DNA of 63,993 nucleotides, filler included, from Perkinsus olseni (Eukaryota): NCBI GenBank assembly GCA_013115125.1. It is 9 parts of 9 records of this genome, joined end to end, with 100 filler letters (N's around TTAATTAATTAA, not from the genome) between each part and the next. Parts side by side here need not be neighbours in the genome. Positions count along the whole stretch, not along the records: positions 1 to 7,323 come from JABANN010001032.1; positions 7,424 to 14,725 come from JABANN010001033.1; 7 more parts are not named here. One strand, 5' to 3'. Shown piece by piece: positions 1 to 10,402 of this stretch (position 1 is its first letter; each line of letters starts with the position of its first letter). The notes under the pieces were generated by a model. It saw only the letters and a program-made list of their open reading frames with translations, ran no database searches and was not told where the DNA came from. The position numbers and the translations under genes were made by a program.

Positions 1-72
1 CATCGGCAGGGCGGGACGAGTCGAGTTCGACGAGTTTAGGGTGGGTCGTGTGCATCGGAGCAGGATTTGCAG
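1..72. repeat. Contig-end repeat, probably the terminus of a high-copy element (possible LTR end ...TTTGCA)
   Basis: 72 nt identical to 7425-7496; both contigs start at the same point and diverge after GGATTTGCAG. Confidence 0.75.
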
Positions 73-388
73 CTGTACTTCACGACAATAGCTGTTCACA
101 TACCGAATACGAAGGGTGCGCCCGGATTTTGACCGGATGTCGCACAGATCCGCGGATCAGGATCCGCATACCAGCCCAGTTCGAAACTAGAGCGAACACA
201 GAATGAAACCCCCTCTCAGAAACACGACTTCGAGCACATGTCCATCAGTCTCCTGTCTACTCGCGCGATCTCGCTACTGATATTATGACATACTACTTTA
301 GTGCTACGGCGTTGACGGTAGAATGGGATGCACGGAGTTATAGCACGATTGAAGATTGTGGTTTGTACCGCTACCAATAGCGTTATCG

Positions 389-1327
389 CTAATCATACAG
401 CATAAACCTGGCCTCATCGTACAGAACCAAAACCAACGCACCACCAATGCCACGGAGTATAGTGGAGAATGAGCCTTTGAAGAAGCCCTTGAAGCCTTCG
501 TTACGGAAAATATGCTTCCAACACTGCCAGGAGTTGGTGAGCTGCTCCGACTGGAATCCCGTCTTCTGAGTGTTTGCCATAACCCTGCGTCTCACAGTGT
601 CGAAGGGGTAAGAGACCACTCCCGCTACAGTAGTCGAGACCTGCGCCATGACCCACCGCCAGAAAACGCTCTCTGTTCTCTCGTCCTCGAAAAAGCGGCC
701 CTTCATAGTGTCGTACAGGCCGAAATAGAAGGCCCGATAAACCACAATACCCTGCACGGAGTTGCCGAACCCGCTGTACAGAGAGCCAAAGCCGCCTCTC
801 TTGAGAGTCTGGACCAGACACGACAGTGGGTTCTTGTACATCCTATCACGACCTCTGCTAAGGTCTGTGCTGTACTTAGTATTAATGACGTCAATAGGGT
901 AGATGACGGCGAGGGACGCAGTGCCCGCCAATGCCCCTGCCAAAAAGCTGCTTTGACTATAGAGCCACAGGTTTGTTTTTGGATTGTACTGGGGCAGTGC
1001 CGACTTGAAGACTTCACGAAAGGTAAAGTTGAAGGCTTGGCTCGGAGCATAGCGCGCAAGGCTCTTCAAGTTGCCCGTCCACAGAGCAGTGAAGCTCTCC
1101 TCTTTACACACTCGGGAGAAGCAGTCCCAGACGCCGGTGTAGCGATTCATTTTGCCAGATTTGATATCGGGTAGATGATCTTGATTGGTGAGAAGCCACC
1201 TGATTCGCTCAGTCGGCGCTATGAGAGTCCTCGAACAAGCAGCGGCGCCGGCCGCTACCCCCCAGGAGGTGAGCAAAGGATACTCCTCGACCAGCGTAGG
1301 TTCATCGTGGTAGGGCTGGTAGGACAT
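389..1327 (-). CDS. AAC: Mitochondrial ADP/ATP carrier (SLC25 family), intronless
   Basis: Three carrier repeats (APTERIR, YPIDVIN, YPFDTVRRR); RYAPSQAFNFTF, VQGIVVYRAFYFGLYDT and C-terminal LRGIGGALVLVLYDE are ANT-like; likely ATG at 1327 (MSYQPY). Confidence 0.9.
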   Translation of the reverse strand: MSYQPYHDEPTLVEEYPLLTSWGVAAGAAACSRTLIAPTERIRWLLTNQDHLPDIKSGKMNRYTGVWDCFSRVCKEESFTALWTGNLKSLARYAPSQAFNFTFREVFKSALPQYNPKTNLWLYSQSSFLAGALAGTASLAVIYPIDVINTKYSTDLSRGRDRMYKNPLSCLVQTLKRGGFGSLYSGFGNSVQGIVVYRAFYFGLYDTMKGRFFEDERTESVFWRWVMAQVSTTVAGVVSYPFDTVRRRVMANTQKTGFQSEQLTNSWQCWKHIFRNEGFKGFFKGSFSTILRGIGGALVLVLYDEARFMLYD

Positions 1328-1491
1328 GGGCGTGGACACCTGAGATGTGGAATCCCTCAGAGGTGAAGATTTCTGTTCACTCAGGATACAGCGGAAAGTG
1401 CGACTGCTGCTCGACCATTCACCAATCTCAACACAACGCGAGTCAGACCGAAGAAACACACTAATTTGAAGCATGAGGTCGCTGGCGGCGG

Positions 1492-3830
1492 TCAGCCCGT
1501 CCTCCGATGCAGCGCCGACAGGCCACCATCCTTGTACTCCTCCCGAGTCAGCCAAACTCGCTTGAACGAGCTCAGACTCGACACCACGCTCCCGCCGACC
1601 CAGGCAGACAGCTTTCCTGTAAGACGTACGTCGCGCGCCACGAAATAGAAATGAAGGAGCTCACGCTCGGGAGGGGCGCAGATTTTAATTCGGGCGTCTT
1701 TGGGGACCAGCTTGCGCATCTCCCCCAGGAGCCTCTCTCCGAACCTTCAGAGCACCTCCACAGAGAGAAGCAGCCAACACCTAACTCACCCTGGGAATAG
1801 CGTGCTCCCACCAGCTAGCACCTGTCAGGAAAACAATCACCATCACAACCACCTAGCCGATGCTGTGCCATCGACAATAGCTACAGTTCAGCCCACATGA
1901 ATGTACACTGTGCCGGCCCATCGACTGTGATATCAGACCACGGGAACTGCTCCCCACCAGGTACACGGCTACACTTTGTGAAGTCCGCAAAGCACGCGCT
2001 CGGTGACATGCGAGTTCTATTTTCACGACTAGGACGGTGTGTACAGGGGAGCTCTTACGACGTTCTGCAGCAGCGTCCGTCTCAGGTCCATGTCGCTCTT
2101 CTGTATTGCCTCGTCCAGCAGTAGATGGACGCCTTGGTCAGCCGAGGCCCCCATTGCTGAGGAGACGAGCAACCCTCTGCATGACCCCCACCGACATACA
2201 GCCTACTAGGATTGAAGAGTATCTCAGGGGCTTGGTAGCGCTCCAGACCGATGTTAATAATCGACCCATCAGGCAACTCATACTGACAGAAGATGAACAT
2301 AACTCCTCGGGGAGCGTGGTGAAAAGCAAGCGGGCAATGTAGCGGCGGGCGAAGAGTGAGTTACTGCGCATAGCTCACACATGGGTAGCCGGCTAGCCCC
2401 ACTCAAGGGGTCCGATCACTCCCACAGTGCGAAGCAACATCCCGCTTCCTCACAGAAGCTCATTGCTAGTCCTTGGACAGCCGTCAACACTCACCGTGTG
2501 GTCCAAAGCCTGCTTAGCCCCAGCTCGTCTAGGGTCCTTATCGAACTCCCACTCCGTTCCACCGCGCCACACTCCCTGCACTGCTGGATGGAGTGACACA
2601 GCGCAGCAGTCTTCCTTCATCGTACGGACAATCTGGGAGGTGATTCTGGCGGTTTTCAGCGGCTGTCGGGACCGAGGTGAAGTTTCGTGGGAAGTGTCTC
2701 TATGCTGACGGCGGAGCGACGCACCTCTCGATCCGCGGTGGACAGCAAGTTGATGCCGCACTGTCTCTTTAGCGACAGCTGTAGCCATTCTGTGACATTC
2801 CTAAGCTTCACCCGTCACCGATAGATCACCGAGAAGGGCATACCTGCCAGCCGTCTCTCCACGAGTAGCAGCATGACCAACGGCATACCCATCGTAGACT
2901 GGCATGACCTGAGTTAAAGGGGATAACCCCAAGGTGCGCAGCTTATGAGAGGACCTGCGAGACTCCGTCGCCAATATCCAGCACCACACCAGTCGTTCGG
3001 CCAGATGCGTACAGTGACAGAACAGGGGAGGAGGCGATGTGGATGGCCGGGACCTGCGAAGGTACTTGGATCGAAAGGTCCCGAGTTCAACTCCCCGCTG
3101 GAGCAACTAACCTTGAAGACCTCGAACAAGCATTCCGCCAGCTTCTCTCGATGGACCATCGGGTTCAGCGGTGGCTCACTTATCAGCACCTGCCAATGGC
3201 ATCACAGCTGGCTCTCCATCTAACCACACAACTTCAGCCGGAAACTACTGAGAGCCGCGATGATAATACACGGCGCAAGTTCATTCCAACTGCGACGTTG
3301 GTGAACAGAACTGAGCTGTCGAAGCTCCGCTGTTACCATCCCGGCAACGTCGGGTTCCACTCACCGGATGCTCCTGAGACCGGCACTTGAGGCCCTCGCT
3401 GAACACATGTCGCCAGATGTGCTCCATACCATCCCAATCAGTAACACTGCCACGACTGATGGGGTACTGGATGTCCAGCAAGCCTCGGGCGCTGGTCTCT
3501 AGTCGACTGCCCACAACAGCGACCTGACCGAACGCACCTCCGGTCACCTCTCGAGACATGTCCAAGGACTCCACCTTAGATCCTGCCGAGCTGGTGCCGA
3601 TCTTCCCGCTTCCACCACCCGTCTTGGTCAATTCCGACAACCCTTCACCGGACTCCATCACTTTCCGATACTTCGGGTACCCCACAGCCGATAGTATTTG
3701 GACCTGACTGCCGTGCGATGACGAAAGCTCCTTCGGGAGGGATCCTTGCTTGAGGGCAGTTTTCTCCAGAAAAGCCTGCTTTTATGCAGCCACTGCCATT
3801 GTCGATTACCACGGGCTGATTACCCAACAT
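1492..3830 (-). CDS. Actin-related protein (actin/ARP1-like), multi-exon
   Basis: Exons read [72 protein letters not shown]...[29 protein letters not shown]; short GT-AG introns lie between them. Confidence 0.9.
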
Positions 3831-4002
3831 AGCAGATTTCAATAGGCAATATCCAACCAACTACGCGCGCGCCAACTTGATCGATTATGCTTCCTGCCAA
3901 CTCCAAAATGACTAAATTATAACAGCTAGAAACGTTTTATTAGACTGAGCAAAGTTGTCACATACAAAATGGTTTTCATGAACAGGGCGAGTCGAAGTTG
4001 GG

Positions 4003-5016
4003 TCACCAGAGAGCGCTGCGTGATCGGAGTATGATCCAATCCGAGGTCTGCGCCTCTTGGTCGATCACAGGACTTGGCGGGTCCATCTTGGGAAGGATGT
4101 AGCGGAAGTAAACCGGCACCATCAGACCAAAGTTCATTACACTAGTCAGTATTCGAAGGCCCCTGAAGATAAAGACAAGAGACTTGATCAGCCAGTCAGA
4201 CAGATGCAAGGGGGGGCGCTCAATAAACCTCCTCTGAGTTTCTAGAGCGGTCTCAGGAATGAACTTAGTGAGAAACGCGACCGTGGAAGCGCTTTTGGAA
4301 CTCATGGGAGGCACCTCAAAAGTTGGAGGTGATCACGATACTTTCCAGATGTTGGAGGCCCCAACATCTGGAAGTTATCGTGTGCCGTTTCAGAACGAAG
4401 AGATCTGGCTGCAGAATTGCCCAGCCGTATAAGCACGCACCACTGAGTCGTATCAGAGGGGTAACGGAATACTCCCAGCGCCAGCCCACCATCGATCAGT
4501 GTCCATCACTGCGTTCTGTGCCTCTGTGAATACGAGCTTCCAGGAATACCCCAGCAGCAGGGAAATAGCCCAGACGAATCCTTCTACTATGACCGGAGCC
4601 ACTCTGAACCTGCCAATACCCAGCGTGGGATCAAACCGTTCGAATACACGCCCACTAAGGCCACAGGAGGCTCTCAAAGCCAACCGCACCTCCACAGTAG
4701 TAGAGGAGAAACGGAGATTCAATGGAATTTGCGGTACTTAGTGGGAACGTTGCTGGGCATGTGGTTGGTACAAGTTGAAGAGCGAACAGATTTCGGCAAT
4801 TCTTCTGATGCCCTCTCACCTTTGCTCCGCCTCTGATAGCAGCCACACCACTAATATGGATACTATCGAATAGACGATCGAGTTGGTCAGTGCCCAGATG
4901 GACTTTGACGTGCCTGGGTCATAGATCTCTGCCAACAGCCAATAGCTTGCCAGGAGAAGCGACCATGCCAGACACAGGTGGATAAACCTAAACAGGAAGA
5001 ACACTGGGAAGACCAC
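4003..5016 (-). CDS. Multi-pass membrane hypothetical protein, multi-exon, possibly degenerate
   Basis: Consecutive hydrophobic ORF segments (4816-5016, 4453-4722, 4003-4314) on the same strand; start uncertain. Confidence 0.4.
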
Positions 5017-5098
5017 AGTGTGTCAGAACAGGTCATCGCTCGGGGACAGCCACATCGATAACAGTGTTATCGATGCAAACTTTGCATCTGGGAGATGC

Positions 5099-5120
5099 AT
5101 TGCATAATGCAATTTGCATT
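5099..5120. other. Hairpin-type transposon excision footprint (X=ATTGCATT)
   Basis: ATTGCAT AATGCAAT TTGCATT, exact X(1-7)+rc(X)+X(2-8). Confidence 0.7.
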
Positions 5121-5193
5121 GCAAACCCAACTCATTGAAACATCACGATGATGACCTTGAGCATTGCTTGAGCAGGTCGCAATGCGTGCATGT

Positions 5194-5215
5194 CATGCAG
5201 ACTGCATGATGCAGT
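5194..5215. other. Hairpin-type excision footprint (X=CATGCAGT)
   Basis: CATGCAG ACTGCATG ATGCAGT, exact. Confidence 0.7.
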
Positions 5216-6606
5216 ACGACCGATTGCTACTGGCTGCACCGACTGCACTCATAATGGATTGCAAAACTTGGCGTTTTAGGTGTGCTGAGAGTTTTGTGAT
5301 TTGATACACCTTCATTAGAGTATCGCGGTTATAGTCGATTCTCTTATTTGACGCTCTCATGTGTGTACAAAGTCGGAGATCAATGAATTAAAAAGGCGTT
5401 GTGTCGTCGCTGCGGCTGTAAACGGTTGAAGCACAGGCTCGGTTGCTCCAACATCCTCTGCTGGGCACTGGAAGCTGCTGGGATCGAGGGAGACTGTTAA
5501 CCAGAAACTCAACCACCCAAATAAAAGCTAAGAAATATGATCAGATGGTCAACCGAAATCAATCAGAGGCAGTTAAGGTTGAGTCACCAGTTCGATACAT
5601 GAAGTCCCGGACTTCCGGGGTGCCATTCCCATTCTCCGAGGACTTCGGACACTATGACACTAATAACTCTCCTAGAAATATGCGACTATCAGGTTCTACT
5701 ACTTCTCAAAATAAGGTCCACGGCATTTGAACGACGGTGCCTTCTTCATCATAGTTGACGAGACGAGAGTTCTTGAGGGACTTGAGCAAGTGGTCATCAT
5801 AGTCAGAACTGTATGCCCTGATAGCCCTGAGCCTAGGAGACTATCCCTGGCTGGTTCTCGACAGAATACGACAACTCAAAGACTGAGACCAATGGTTGGC
5901 GAGCGAGACGCTTTGTCGCTGCAGGCGGAGTCAAAGGCTGAGGCGGAGGTATGAGCTGGTGCATCCATGGCACATCGAGAATCCGAAGCTGACGTTAGAT
6001 CTAGCAGTTGAACTAAAGGGTGGGCTCGTCGGCCGCGGCGAGAATGAATCAAGTTAGAAGATGGGCGAATTGATCACTTTCCCTCCGAAACAGTCATGGA
6101 CTGTGACTTTAATGCCATTCGTGACAAGCTTCGACCCTATGCAGGAGGAGCAGATGTCTGTCACAGACTGTCAGCGATAGTATCCAGGATGCGAGCCGCA
6201 CCATAGAGAAGGATGATCCGTCATCTCAATCATTAGATCGAGTTGCTTACTGGAAGACGTACCAGAAAGCCTCATTGAAAAAAGGGCTGCCATCTCATAC
6301 TCCAGTTGGCTTCATATCAACTAGGTGGGCGAGCTCGAGTGTCGGGTATAAAAAACCTCTCTTTGAATTACCCTCTACTCGTTCATATCGATGAGTGCTA
6401 CTACTGTGCGTAGTGGCTGGATGGTCAAGTTTTTGATAGCCTTAGATGTCATGGACTTGATATCTGTCGCATCAGGCAACGTGTAGACCGTAAACCTTCG
6501 CCCTTGGCAGACTGCTAGGTGGATCACTACACTCAGAGACGAGCTGATCGTCATCATTGAAGGCTTCAATTTGAAGCGCTGCCGATGCTTCGTGATGGCT
6601 TCAAGT

Positions 6607-6628
6607 CTGACGACTCGTCAGTGACGAG
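6607..6628. other. Hairpin-type excision footprint (X=CTGACGAG)
   Basis: CTGACGA CTCGTCAG TGACGAG, exact. Confidence 0.75.
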
Positions 6629-7323
6629 GTTGAAGAAAGTTTATCCAAATTGGATGGCAGATGCTGGATGATCCAATACACACGACTCACCTTCTTCGAA
6701 AAATGTTGGGTTCGGTAGCCTCGAAGGTAGCGTTGGCAAGGCGTGCTACTGGAACAATCCCCGCCGGCTAGACTGAAGGTCGCGGTAGGGTTCATGGAGT
6801 TGTGGGTGCGCCAGTTGAGCGATGGCCTGCGAAGCCGCGACCTCGGTACCTTTCCGGTTAGGCTAGTCACCGCGTCTCAGCTGTCCAGCGGCTCCGTGCT
6901 TCCCGGTGAAGAGACGTCGATGAGAGATCGCGATATTCCTCCGGATAATAACAATTATCTCGATGTCGTGAAAGCCTCGGACAATTCCGTTCCCCTACGC
7001 AATACAGACTCCTGTTAGAACGTGTTCGCCAGAATCGTGAACGCTGGCCTCGATCCACCGACGGGACGGTCGACGTGAGCGCTCTCTGGGAGAGGATACA
7101 CTCTGATGGATTTCTGCGGGAATTTGGCAGATATCCTCTTCTACATAAGGAATCTAGCGACGTGAACTTCCAATGGAAGTATACTGGAATCGGTGTGTAG
7201 CCTTCTAAGTAGAACGTACTCAATAGGTCAGGCTCCAAAAGGCATTTAGGACACTACAGTGCGTTCGGGTTTGATATGCAAGTCGACTAAAGTGTTGTAA
7301 CTCGGATATAAACGAACATTTCA

Positions 7324-7423
7324 NNNNNNNNNNNNNNNNNNNNNNNNNNNNNNNNNNNNNNNNNNNNTTAATTAATTAANNNNNNNNNNNNNNNNNNNNN
7401 NNNNNNNNNNNNNNNNNNNNNNN
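7324..7423. other. Artificial contig linker
   Basis: N run + TTAATTAATTAA (stops in six frames) + N run, 100 nt. Confidence 0.99.
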
Positions 7424-7424
7424 T

Positions 7425-7496
7425 CATCGGCAGGGCGGGACGAGTCGAGTTCGACGAGTTTAGGGTGGGTCGTGTGCATCGGAGCAGGATTTGCAG
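7425..7496. repeat. Second copy of the contig-end repeat
   Basis: Identical to 1-72. Confidence 0.75.
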
Positions 7497-9182
7497 TGGG
7501 CTTCTGTTAGTTCCTCTCTTATCGAGAGTGCGTTTTTGCGCATCTCTCGTGCCATTTTGTTTGGTCGTGTTATTTTTGAGAAGGGCGCTGCGATGGTCTG
7601 GGACCTATTTCCCAACCCCTCACAAGTAGCAAAATCGGAAGCGAGGTGAGGCGGCATAAGGCTCCCCACCGTGAGGCTCCTTACCCTACATGGCGCAAGG
7701 AGGGCCTCCTCTCGTAAGGCGATTTCATATGAGGTGTTTCGGGTTCCCTCCTTCAGACCCTCACGAGAGGTGACTGCTTCGAGGCCACTTTATGGCACCT
7801 TACTTCGCTCCGCTTATTTTCACAACCTCCCGCGTCTCGCCCACGGATGTTCTATTTCTCAACCAAGTACTTCCACTGAACATTCAACTTGGCGTTCTCT
7901 CGAATTGCAGCGTCAAAAAAACAACTTGAAGTCTTCGTCAGAAGTGTTCTTGGACAGTGACACGGTGAATAAGATACCACATAGTGTAAAGTTTACACTG
8001 TAAATCATACGCGAAGTATAGCTTCAATGCAAGTTTTGGAGTTTCAGATTCAGCAGCTGAGTAGGTCAAGCTGTGCAGTCGACATCCGAGGCACGCGAGT
8101 TCTATCCCCACGATCAGCATTTCGGGGTTGGGAGGGGGCAAAAGTCTTTGCTGTGCGTCTCAGAGAGCGTCGTGAAATTCGCCGCGCTTGAAACTGCGCA
8201 AAGATTCTTCCGTCCGTCTCATCCGTGCTTATCACTCGTGTGAGCAATCGGTTGTTTTCCCTCCTGATCGGTCATCTAGCACACTTACATCTGTCCAAGC
8301 TCATACTGGCCGTAGTACTCGAGGTTAGGAGTCTTCAGCGCTTTAACCAGGGTCCCGAGTTCGAATCCTGGTGTCGGCATCATATTCTTCCACACTACTG
8401 CCGTATTTAGTTGCTTGTGTTGTCGTTCTTGTTAACTTGTGTCTTAACTGCTCGAAGGAACCATATGGACAGTAAAGACGTAACCACTTCGAAGTCCCCA
8501 GCAGCTGCGACTGAGCCCCCTCAATCTTTGAGTACTCCCAAGGGCATCTCCCAAGTAGTGGGAGCGCCAGGCCTAGTACTTGTCGCGTCACTCGAAGTGT
8601 TTCTCAGGACTACCGCCCTTCACCCGCAGGAGCTTTCGCGATGGCCAGCAAAAGCCCCTTTCGCTCCCCCTGGAGCCCCTCTGGAATGGCTGGTGAGGGT
8701 CAAGCGAAGGATAGCTAGAGGTGTCAGAAAGATATCCTGATCAGGTCTCAAGTCTTCGAGCGAGGCTCAGCAGCTGCAGCGTTCTGGACTATACGAGTCG
8801 CTGCTTTTGAGTGCTACGGGCTCTGACAGTGCTGGTAAGGCTGCGCGTCATTCTTCTTGCGCCATACTGGCTACAGTCGGGGCTCATGATAGGGTTCGAT
8901 TAATACCACTCTTTTCGTAGTTCGCGATACAATATTCAGTAAAAGCGTTATTAGAAGGTTAGATTTAACGGAGTGTAATGCCTATCATCAGTATCAACTA
9001 CTGTGATCCATTAGTGTATCCCCGAGGCTGCCCGATGAAGCTGATTAAATCTCGTCCTCGTCATCGAAGAATTCATGAATACGCCGCCTGGGATTTTCCC
9101 ACAGTCATCGAATTCGACGATCAAGCTTCGATCTACTATGCGGTTGAGGCTCAGTGTTGTGGTCCGTAGTCCCCCACTTCAG

Positions 9183-9953
9183 ATGCCGACACTGTGCTGA
9201 ATGGGCACGGTGGCAGTGGTCAGGAGAAATCGATGGAACTCAACCTGGAAACCGCTCTCGCCGAGAGTCCGAACGTGAGTTGAATATCTTGCTATCTTGA
9301 ATTTCCTCAACGCCCTTGTTGTCAAGGTGAGTGACTCTGAAGTCGCTTATTCGTCCTTCAACGGCAGAAGCACGACTGGGTCATTGTGGCAGGCGACAAC
9401 TCCTCCCGAAAGAGGTGAATCCAATTTCGCGGTGTCCCGGGTGATGTCTGGCTCAGATGCCTACAGCAGCTGTGGAGTGAGCCCTCCCCGTCCTGACGAG
9501 TCCGCCGATAGATTCTGGGTGAGCCCGCGATCCTCTCGTCTATTGGCCTCGCTTGATGGTATCATTATTGCAATATCGTGGCGCGCGAAATGACAGGCTG
9601 TGCTTGCAGTGCTGTGTTCTTCTTCTCCTCAGGGAAGCCAAGGAGCCAAGCCGAGTCGTTCGTATGCGCGAGTACCAGATACTCCCTTATCCTCGACCGG
9701 AGGGCTGTACCAGAGCGGCAAACTTCCAGGCGGCGCCTCGGCGGCGGTGACACTGTCTCCCGACGCCAGAGTCTGGACACCCAGCACCGTTGACAGTACC
9801 TATCTGTCTCCTCAGAGTAAGGGGGTGGAGTACATAGCGAAAGATCTTGTGCTTGCCATCCAGAAATGCGCTTCTGCTGGCGGTTGTAGTGCTTCTTTCG
9901 TAGTTGACTCCCATGTGAAATTGATTCAAGAGAGTTCCTGCGTTGAGGATTAG
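9183..9953 (+). CDS. Hypothetical multi-exon protein (3' part)
   Basis: Exon-like blocks bounded by AG/GT; last exon ends ...LIQESSCVED*; no family recognised. Confidence 0.3.
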
Positions 9954-10203
9954 AACTCTTCTCCATCGGGTGAGCATTGCTTACGTATGAAACGACGTTT
10001 CACAGTGTGATGAACCGCTGATGGTATCGTTCTGAAACGTGCCTGGTCTTACCGCGGGAGCTCCTCATCACTGCTGAGCACACGAAGTCTGGTAGAATGC
10101 TTGTTGTCTTGAAATGATCTCGTTGAGAAGTAGTGCAACGCTTGAGGCTATTTGGAGAGCCCTCCACTGTAGTGAGCAGGACCCACTACGGCGTAGTGTC
10201 GGT

Positions 10204-10235
10204 GTCATAGCCTATGACATCCTATGACTCATAGA
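10204..10235. other. Extended excision footprint (X=GTCATAGG)
   Basis: GTCATAG CCTATGAC at CCTATGAC TCATAG(-)A; two single-base-centred palindromes, one G deleted. Confidence 0.6.
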
Positions 10236-10402
10236 GCAAGTGCCCACTGCGCGTGACTTGGTCTGCCAATCGGCTGAGTGCTCGAAGTGCTAATAGCCTC
10301 CTGCGATAAACGATGTCTTACGCTGATGTGCTGAGCTCGCTATCGTCTTTATTAGTCTTCGCTCGTCCTCCCTCAGGGCCGTACGATGCTAGTAGAGTTG
10401 GC

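Noticed and set aside
148-170. GATCCGCGGATC palindrome, and one-sided palindromes near 42507, 51052, 56920 and 60564
   Set aside because: They do not satisfy the two-sided 8-mer rule; they could be trimmed scars but cannot be told from chance
1328-1555. 75-aa N-terminal extension of the carrier ORF
   Set aside because: Starts at a non-ATG codon and overlaps the last exon of the actin-like gene
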